DNA from: Scyliorhinus canicula
Lineage: Eukaryota
DNA: 64,000 nt
Direction of reading: 5' to 3'
Assembly (NCBI RefSeq): GCF_902713615.1
Contig: NC_052163.1
Span: 84,741,721 to 84,805,720, forward strand
The translations under genes were made by a program, and so were the position numbers. Every line of letters begins with the position of its first letter. Positions within the stretch are counted from its first letter, which is position 1. Positions 55,101 through 64,000 of the stretch are shown one piece after another. The notes under the pieces are model-generated. The model was not told the origin of the DNA, did not search any database, and saw only the letters and a list, made by a program, of their open reading frames with translations.

Positions 55101-56511
55101 TTTTATCTACTTACCACTTAGTAGCATCGATGTCCTGGGTCCTGCATTGCTAAGTAAGTAAAGTAGACTTTAGGAATAAACCACTTTTTCATTTCAGGTT
55201 AAGTTAAGTTATTTTATTATTATATATATATTTTAAAGCTGTAAACACTTTCTTTACAGAAAGGTAAAACAATCTTGCTTCTGGATCCTTTCTGTTGGTT
55301 GAAGGGGCCTTCAGGCCCACCTTGACAATCAATCTTCTTTATAATCTGGTCTCCTTTACACCCCATCTTGACATTTGAAACATAACTATATCATTTGGCT
55401 AATTGTCCCCCCATCCAATTGTACTAACATATATCCCCGATCTTTGTCATTTGTATGCATGTATTTCAATTTTAAATTGTGCACCAAAATCAATTTGTAA
55501 ATGTATCCATATCTCAGACCAGTGTCAATAAGAGTCTTTTTTCTTCCTCATGTCCAATTACCGTGAAACATAGCCATAGCCGCTCAGGAAGGTAACACAA
55601 TCGCTTTCCGTGTGTTCCACTACCTCCAAAGCATTTTACTTCCTTGGGATAGCAGCACCGTAGAAGCTTCCTCATGTCGATCCACAGAATATCCTTACGA
55701 AAGTCAATCACACATGACTTTCCAGACTAAACTCGGCAGGTAAAGTCTGACTCACACATAGACCAGAAACTTCTAATATTCTAGCCTTTGTGCCGGTTAT
55801 AAACTTCTAATATTCCAACCGTTTCTTGGGAACTAGAAACTTCTAATATTCTAGCCCCTACTCTAGCCCCCATTCTGCTCAGCTAGAAACTTCTAATATT
55901 CTAGCCTCACTTTACCTAGAAACTTCTAATATTCTAGGCCTCCACGCTGGATGCCATGGAGAAAGCAAAAAAACCTACTGGGTGTAATTAACACGATGTT
56001 AACACGTTGGGTGCCATGTAGAAAATAAAGCTACCCGCTAGGCGTAATTAACAGAGTTTTAATAAAACATTGGGCGCCATGTTTTGAAAACTCACCACTA
56101 TTCTTAGAATTCCCCCTATACCAAAAAGGGCCAATATTCTAAATGGTGAACAGGGATTCTCACTCCCTGACTCCGATGCAGGCTTCAGTGGGTGCTATTC
56201 AGGTCAAACTATATTTTCAAATTATCCCCCAGTATAACCCATACCTTCACCGAAGATTTTATCTACTTACCACTCAATAGCATTGATGTCCTGGGTCCTG
56301 CATTGCTAAGTAAGTAAAGTAGACTTTAGGAATAAACCACTTTTTCAGGTTAAGTTAAGTTATTTTATTATTATATATATTTTTTAAAGCTGTAAACACT
56401 TTCTTAACAGAAAGGTAAAACAATCTTGCTTCTGGATCCTTCCTGTTGGTTGAAGGGACCTTCAAGCCCACCTTGACAATCAATCTTCTTTAAAATCTGG
56501 TCTTCTTTAGA
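55101..56511 (-). mobile_element. Miniature (TRIM-like) LTR element: 5' LTR 56080-56511, about 720-bp interior, truncated 3' LTR 55101-55360
   Basis: About 255-bp direct repeats at 55101-55360 and 56257-56511; 3' copy starts TGTAAAGG after purine-rich AAGATGGGG; 5' copy ends CA followed by a tRNA-Lys(CUU)-like PBS; TATA-like and AATAAA inside the LTR. Confidence 0.7.
55763..55937. repeat. Five spaced copies of a 22-bp self-complementary motif CTAGAAACTTCTAATATTCTAG
   Basis: Copies at about 55763, 55797, 55833, 55883 and 55916, with unrelated 11-28 nt spacers. Confidence 0.9.
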
Positions 56512-57479
56512 TGTATTCGCTGGTGAACTCGGTTGCTGTGTCCTATCCTTCCCATGTACCGAGCTGTGAGAGCTGGCTCTGCTGGCTGTCCCCTTTCTTC
56601 GGGTTTATATTCTCTTTCGAAGAGTTATTAAGTTTTAACGACTTTATTGTAAATGAGCTTGTTTCACTTTGATTGTTAAAAAGTATCTTTGATGTAACCA
56701 TTTGAATACAACTAATTATTCATTTTGGGCATAACATCACCTCTCAGATCTGATTACAAAATGCTTTGGTTTCAATAGGTGTTACTTCTATTTCTGTGAT
56801 TTCGAATCGTTTAATTTTCCAATTGTCCCCAGCTCATAACTTTGCCTTTGATTTTGACTTTAAATTATGTCTCTCGTAGACAGGTCGTCTCCAAATTTTC
56901 TTTTAATTGACTTGATGTTCGTAGAATTTTACACTTAGAATTGACACCAAATTCGACTGAGCATCATCCATCCTTTCCAGCTGTTTACGAAGAGAGTTTA
57001 TTTCAATTAAGGTGTGAGACTTTGCTTTTAGCTGTATGCTAAAATTTAACTTGGTTATGACTTGAAAGACCTGCCTGTTTTAAACATTCGTCACTTAATT
57101 CAATTGAAACACTCATCTGTGCCTTCCCAGATACTTCCTGAGATAGTTACTTTCAATGAAGGTGTGAGCCATTGTTTTAGCTTACCATCAGGATCCTGTG
57201 TGTTTGATAAGCCTGCTTGTGAGAAAGAATCTGCATTTTATAATCCTGCTCTTTACAGCTGCTATTATCCTTTTGTGGGATCTTTCCCCGTATCCTCTTA
57301 GACCAGATATTGCCAGACTTCCATGTTTCAAATTACACATTTTTCTGTATTTTCAATTACATAAGGAAGACTTTGTGGTGAAACAGTTGAGGAACAGTGG
57401 AGAACCTTCCAAGCGATTTTCACAGTGCTCAGCAAAGGTTTATACCAACAACAAGGAAGGTCGGTAGAAAGAGGGAAAA

Positions 57480-59509
57480 TTGACCGTGGATATCTAAGGA
57501 AATAAGGGAGAATATCAAATTGAAGGAAAAAGCATACAAAGTGGCAAAGATTAGTGGGAGACTAGAGGACTGGGAAATCTTTAGGGGGCAACAGAAAGCT
57601 ACTAAAAAAGCTATAAAGAAGAGTAAGATAGATTATGAGAGTAAACTTGCTCAGGATATAAAAACAGACAGTAAAAGTTTCTACAAATATCTAAAACAAA
57701 AAAGAGTGACTAAGGTAAATATTGGTCCTTTAGAGGATGAGAAGGGAGATTTAATAATGGGAGATGAGGAAATGGCTGAGGAACTGAACAGGTTTTTTGG
57801 GTCGGTCTTCACAGTGGAAGACACAAATAACATGCCAGTGACTGATAGAAATGAGGCTATGACAGGTGAGATGATTGTTGTCACTAAGGAGGTAGTGATG
57901 GGAAAGCTAATGGGGCTGAAGGTAGACAATTCTCCTGGCCCTGATGGAATGCATCCCAGAGTGCTAAAAGGGATGGCTAGGGAAATTGCAAATGCACTCG
58001 TGATAATTTACCAAAATTCACTAGACTCTGGGGTGGTCCCGGCGGATTGGAAATTAGCAAACGTGACACCACTGTTTAAAAAAGGAGGTAGGCAGAAAGC
58101 GGGTAATTATAGGCCAGTGAGCTTAACTTCGGTAGTAGGGAAGATGCTGGAATCTATCATCAAAGAAGAAATAGCAAGGCATCTGGATGGAAATTGTTCC
58201 ATTGGGCAGACGCAGCATGGGTTCATAAAGGGCAGGTCGTGCCTAACTAATTTAGTGGAATTTTTTGAGGACATTACCAGAGCAGTAGATAACGGGGAGC
58301 CAATGGATGTGGTATATCTGGATTTCCAGAAAGCCTTTGACAAGGTGCCACACAAAAGGTTGCTGCATCAGATAAAGATGCATGGCATTAAGGGTAAAGT
58401 AGTAGCATGGATAGAGGATTGGTTAATTAATAGAAAGCAAAGAGTGGGGATTAATGGGTGTTTCTCTGGTTGTCAATCAGTAGCTAGTGGTGTCCCTCAG
58501 GGATCCGTGTTGGGCCCACAATTGTTCACAATTTACATAGATGATTTGGAGTTGGGGACCAAGGGCAATGTGTCCAAGTTTGCAGATGACACTGAGATGA
58601 GTGGTAAAGCAAAAAGTACAGAGGATACCGGGAGTCTGCAGAGGGATTTGGATAGGTTAAGTGAATGGGCCAGGGTCTGGCAGATGGAATACAATGTTGA
58701 CAAATGTGAGGTTATCCATTTTGGTGGGAATAACAGCAAAAGGGATTATTATTTAAATGATAAAATATTAAAACATTCTGCTGCGCAAAGAGACCTGAGT
58801 GTGCTCGTGCATGAGTCGCAAAACGTTGGTTTATAGGTGCAACAGGTGATTAAGAAGGCAAATGGAATTTTGTCCTTCATTGCTAGAGGGATGGAGTTTA
58901 ACATAGGGGGCTTAATGCTGCAATTGTATAAGGTGTTAGTGAGGCCACACCTGGAGTATTGTGTTCAGTTTTGGTCTCCTTACCTGAGGAAGGACGTACT
59001 GGCGCTGGAGGGTGTGCAGAGGAGATTCACGAGGTTAATCCCAGAGCTGAAGGGGTTGGATTACGAGGGGAGGTTGAGTAGACTGGGACTGTACTCGTTG
59101 GAATTTAGAAGGATGAGGGGGGATCTTATCGAAACATATAAAATTATGAAGGGAATAGATAGGATAGATGCGGGCAGATTGTTTCCACTGGCGGGTGAAA
59201 GCAGAACTAGGGGGCATAGCCTCAAAATAAGGGGAAGTAGATTTAGGACCGAGTTTAGGAGGAACTTCTTCACCCAAAGGGTTGTGAATCTATGGAATTC
59301 CTTGCCCAGTGAACAGTTGAGGCTCCTTCATTAAATGTTTTTAAGATAAAGATAGATAGTTGTTTGAAGAATAAAGGGATTAAGGGTTATGGTGTTCGGG
59401 CCGGAAAGTGAAGCTGAGTCCAAAAAAGATCAACCATGATCTAATTGAATGGCGGAGCAGGCTCGAGGGGCCATATAGCCTACTCCTGCTCCTAGTTCTT
59501 ACGTTCTTA
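57480..59509 (+). mobile_element. CR1 LINE, 5'-truncated, RT plus complete 3'UTR
   Basis: ORF 57520-59334 with one in-frame TAG (58834); NSPGPDG, NYRPVSLTS, DFQKAFD, QGSVLGP, FADD; tail CCTACTCCTGCTCCTAGTTCTTACGTTCTTA. Confidence 0.95.
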
Positions 59510-60490
59510 ACACCCTTGTTCACAACCATTATGGCGCCTCTGTCATTTTCTTCCACAATGCGGGCTGACCTCCAATCCCTTGGCCCATCTCTCCAGACAT
59601 GTCCCCCTCCCCATGACGCCCACCCACCCTCCGGCCGAGGACATGTTCTGGATCTGTGTCCCATCCCCTGGTGTTCAGATGTTGGCTGCTACGTGTGTGG
59701 TGTCACCTCCCGCAGTGTTCAGGCACAGTGTTCAGGCATCAAGGTGTGGTGGGATGCTAGGCATTGGTTCCCACATTCTATATGGCCCGTCCATGCACGG
59801 GGGTCCACTTAGGATGTGTGAAGTGTTCACTTCACCATGACTGCCAATTCCCTATTACCAATAGCTTTCAGCCAGAGTCCTCGGCAGTCAGCGAGGTTAT
59901 GGGTGGTCATTGGGGCAGATGGGCAGGGACAACGGTTGCCCCCCAAATGGGTCAGTGCTGCATGGGTTGGCATGGTTGTTCCGCGAACGGTTGCCCCCTG
60001 GTTGCTCCTCCCCATGGCCACCCCCACCCTCCTATGGCGGCCCACCCCTGCGGAAGGTCCCCGTCCCCCACCCAAGGGTCCCCCACCGAGCACTGGTGTG
60101 GCAAGCCCCACACCCCCGCACTCTTTGCCTGTGAGCAAAGATGGCTACTCACCTCATCGGCTCCCCACAGAAGCCCTTCCGCCAGATCCATGTTTTCCAA
60201 AAGGAATACTAATTGGCGGCAGCGTGACCACTTGCTGGGGAGGCCGCTGAATGACAGCAGGCCATTGGATATAGAGTGACTCTCATTAATTGTATGAAAA
60301 TAGGGCTTAAGTTGTGATAATTGGTTTCTCCCCACGCTACGGCAAGATCCCAATTTCGCCTACGGGAGTGGGCCTGTTGCATCACAAGCCGTTTGGCACC
60401 TGGCGCGGTTCTTGTTTTTGGCCTCCCCCACTAATCACTGGCTTTGTTTTGCTTGAGCGAGAGGGTAACATGGCAGGAGGATCACGCCCA
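59510..60490. repeat. Harbinger-like non-autonomous repeat
   Basis: Right part homologous to 19225-19553. Confidence 0.45.
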
Positions 60491-60499
60491 TAGGATATT

Positions 60500-61175
60500 G
60501 ATTTCAGGTCAATGACCTTCCATCGGAACGTGAAGATGTTAGAGATGTTACAAGTTTTAGCAAGTAGAGGTTGGGGAAGGGGAGGTCAGAACTGTTTAAA
60601 TAATAAAAGGGTTGGCAGTAGGACCAGTAAAGAAACAAAAGATCGGTGGAGAGGAGGTATAAGTGACAATAGCAGAATTATTAGCTGCAGCGAGCAGCAG
60701 TCTCTATGACTGTCAATGATAATGCTTTCATTACCTAACTGAATGTGTCTCTATTGATAGACAGCTGGCAAGGAGGCCCACACACCTGGGGTTCGCCTAT
60801 CTCTCTCCACTACATTCATGGGACACAGAAACTGGGTGTCAGATTGCCCCATCTTCCACCTCCCTCCCAGTTATTCTGCTGCAAACACTCTTCTGGACCT
60901 ATTTTTATGTTTCTTTCTTGTCTTGTTATCAAATGCTGTCGCTTTGCGTCATCATTCCATTTATCATTTAATCTCTCTTTGCATTCCACCCTATCACCCT
61001 TCCCTTCATTTTCCCACCCCCACATCCCCCATCCCCACACTTTTCCTTGGTTCTGTATTTGCTTAAAAGCTTTTCCCAGTTCTGATGAAAGCTCATCCAT
61101 TAAAAATGTTAATTGTTTCTCTCGCCGAAGACGGAGTGTTTCCAGCATTCTCTGATTTTGTGTGCAAGACGTGCA
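60500..61175 (+). mobile_element. Penelope-like terminal fragment with degenerate hammerhead core
   Basis: Ends TCTGATGAAAGCTCATC..AATGTTAATTGTTTCTC..CCAGCATT; family assignment is from pattern recall, not alignment. Confidence 0.45.
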
Positions 61176-61178
61176 TAC

Positions 61179-61655
61179 TGTTTTGTTATGCTCTTGATGT
61201 AGCATAAGCTGCTTCCTTGATGTGCAGTCTGACAAAGGAAGGTTCAGACTTGGAGATAGCTTTAACACATTTATTCAACTGTTAACAATTCTCCTACTTG
61301 GATTCAACTCCTATGTTAATCCTGCTATAGCTACTCAGACTGACGAACCAGTCTGCTACAATCCACGTGGTGGGTGTGATGTGTTTCAAATCAACCCTGT
61401 GTACTCACTGAGTGTCTCCGCTGGAAAGAGGAAGATCATGTGTGCTGTGTCCTTTTATATGGGTTGGTGTAATGCCCTCCTGTGGTAGTGTCACCTCTGT
61501 GTGTGTCGTGACTGCCCATTGGTCGTGTCCTATCTTACTGACCTATTGGTTGAATGTCTGTGTCATGATGTCTCTGGTGCTCCCTCTCGTATCTAGCTAG
61601 TCTACGTGTATTTACATTAACCCCTTGTGTATTTACAGTGATGCATATCACCACA
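61179..61655 (-). mobile_element. Solo LTR of the element A family
   Basis: Aligns end to end with 2812-3287; flanks CATAC/CACAC (5-bp TSD, one mismatch). Confidence 0.92.
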
Positions 61656-63199
61656 CACACGTCCATCTACCCCTCACTGGACAATGGTCGTGTGTAGCAG
61701 TCACCCAATCACAGCCCCCGAGCTCTACAGTGGGTATTTCATCATTAAGCTCTTCCCTATAAAATATCAACAGATCTGAGGTGATGTCTTGTGTTCTCTT
61801 CTCATCATAGTCTGTTGTTATTCAATCTCGTCCTGAGAGGCACTCGGTGGAGAGGAGCTGCAGGAAGATTTGTTTCAGAAGCCCATGAAGTGTAATCATA
61901 GTTCCAGTTCAAAGCACCCTAGTTACATCTGTGTTCTCTTTTGTTACATTAAATTATAAAAGCAACAAGCTGAAAATACTGTTCAGGCAGGTTCAGATTC
62001 TAATTAACTCAGAGCTATCAGACTTGTTCAATTGAAAATCCAATTGTTCAAGCTATGAGCAGGAATCCATCACAGACTGTTGATCAGTAGCGCCATTGAC
62101 TAAGCGTTGATAAGTTATATAACGGTCACAGGATGAGACAGGGGAATTAATAATGCAAAACAAGGATATGGGAGAGACTATGAACAAATATAGAAGAGAC
62201 GAAAAACATCCGAGTAACAGGAAACGGTCAGGAGCAAAAGGAGGGAGGAATTTAAAATCATTATTCTCACTGGGGGGAAAGTACCAGGTAACCTGATAAA
62301 GGCTGACAGGATTTGAAGGCCTGCATACTAGGCTCTTAAAAGAAGTGGCTGCAGAAAAAAATGGATGAATTAGTTCTAATTTTCCAAAATTTCTGAATTA
62401 GAAAATGGCAAATGTAATGTCCCGGTTCAGGAAAAGAGGGAGTTTAAAGGTGCGATTTAACAGGCGGGGGGGGGGGGGGGGGAGTCCCGTTTTGGGCACG
62501 TTTAGTGAAGTGTTTCTCGGCGTCTGCAGCGCTGATACCAATCCCACTATTAAAGAGGATTATATTTTATTACGTGCCTCGGTGAGGAATGCCCCAGGAA
62601 TGCGCTTACCATCATTTTTAAATGCCACCCAGATCTCTCGACCCACCAACGTGTCCTCCAGACCCCTCCCCAACGCCCTACCGTACCAATTAGGGGGTCC
62701 TCGAACCCCCTCTTCACCCCACTTCATAAAGGTAGGGCACCTCTGAGCCGATCCACATCATAGGCAAACTGGCTCCTAGGCAGTGCCCTTCAAGCCTGGC
62801 AGTACCAGGGTGGCACCAGGCTGGCAGTGACAAGGTACCACCCTGCCCAGAGCCCAACCAACCGGGTGCATCCGATCACCTGGGAGACACCCCAAGTGCC
62901 ATTATGCCTGGTTCACGTTTGTGGAAACCAGTGTTATACAGAGCCACGGAGCAATCTCCCAGGTGTGGGCATTCAATCCCGAGCATTGGGATTCTCTGAT
63001 GCAGACATATTCAACTTAGCCTAACTGCTCACTTGAATATGTAAATCAGGATCCTGCCCAGTGAGGGTGAGATCAAGGTCGCGAGATCTTGCGAAATCTC
63101 GTTTGATCTCACAAGGCTTCTTGAGTGTCGTAAGCCTAGTGAGATACCTTTCATGAGATTTAAAGGCCTTGTTGCATCACCGAGTCGGGCACGATGAGG

Positions 63200-63760
63200 C
63201 CATTCGATCGCACCCAGAAACTAGGAAACAATAGGCCAGTTAGTCTGACATCTGTCATTGGGAAAACGCCAGGATCCATGACTAAGGAAGCAGTGGCAGG
63301 ACCATTCGAAAATCACAATGCAATCAGGCAGAGTCAACAAGCTTATGAGAAGGAAAATGTGCTGGACAAATTTATTAGAGTTCTTTGAAGATGTAACAAG
63401 CAGGATGGATAAAGTGTTATTTTGGGCGTGTTTGGCAGGGTGATTCCTGCCGGGTTTTTGAGTACGATCCAGAATGGTATTGACCCACCCTTAGTCATTC
63501 CTTTGAAGCTTGGGGAGCTTCTCACTGGAAAATCCCCCACTTAAGGCACAATTTAACTAAATGGGAACAAAGTCCCATAGCGAGCAGGGCAATGCTATTT
63601 AACGCACCCCCGTATTACTAGGTTGACTGCTGGGATGAAGGGGTTGTCTAATGTGGAACTGTTGAACAGATTGGGCCTGTACTCATTTGAGTTTGGAAGA
63701 ATAAAATGTGATCTTACTGAAATATGTGAGCTTCGGAAGGGGTTGATAGGGTAGCTGTGG
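63200..63760 (+). mobile_element. CR1 RT fragments
   Basis: GNNRPVSLTSVIGK and degenerate 3' ORF remnant. Confidence 0.6.
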
Positions 63761-64000
63761 AGAGGGTTAAACTAGGTTGCATTAACCTGACATTTAGAGG
63801 ATTATAACATGATCTGATCAAGGGAAAATGTTGATTGGATTTGGGACAGTAGATATGGATAAATAGTTTCTGCTGGTAAGGGAATCAAATGGATGTCATC
63901 TTAGAGATTGGCCACACAGCGACTAAAACAAGTAGCTTTTTTTGACACAATGCTAAAGTCCAGTGTGCAGGCGGAATGATTACATAGGGCCCTCGAATAA

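Noticed and set aside
55763-55937. CRISPR-like repeat-spacer array
   Set aside because: Vertebrate retroelement context, spacers of irregular length (11-28 nt), no cas genes
61790-61890. Possible exon of a neighbouring gene (for example card6)
   Set aside because: Acceptor-like site, but a short frame, no good donor and no recognisable domain

Overview
Vertebrate genomic DNA, most likely from a shark or ray (inferred from HE1/V-type SINEs, abundant L1 and CR1 LINEs and Harbinger-like repeats). Most of the window is nested transposable elements. It has one intact host gene, rpl37 (minus strand, 4 exons, 97 aa, TCT-type promoter near 48261). It also has one immunoglobulin light-chain V segment (sigma-like, minus strand, 28205-27861) with intact octamer promoter, leader and intron, cut off inside the V exon by a Gypsy LTR; no RSS, J or C was found in the window. 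The most unusual items are four. (1) A deleted Gypsy element with no tRNA primer site, whose post-LTR sequence is a perfect 13-nt complement of its own LTR poly(A)-signal region. (2) A miniature LTR element with three tandem tRNA-Lys-like primer sites followed by five 22-nt hairpin repeats. (3) A pol-less, tRNA-Leu-primed LTR family carrying a gag stub plus a long acidic repetitive ORF. (4) An AT-rich hAT-like insert of possibly foreign origin. All coordinates were counted by hand, and repeat boundaries are approximate unless a TSD is quoted.
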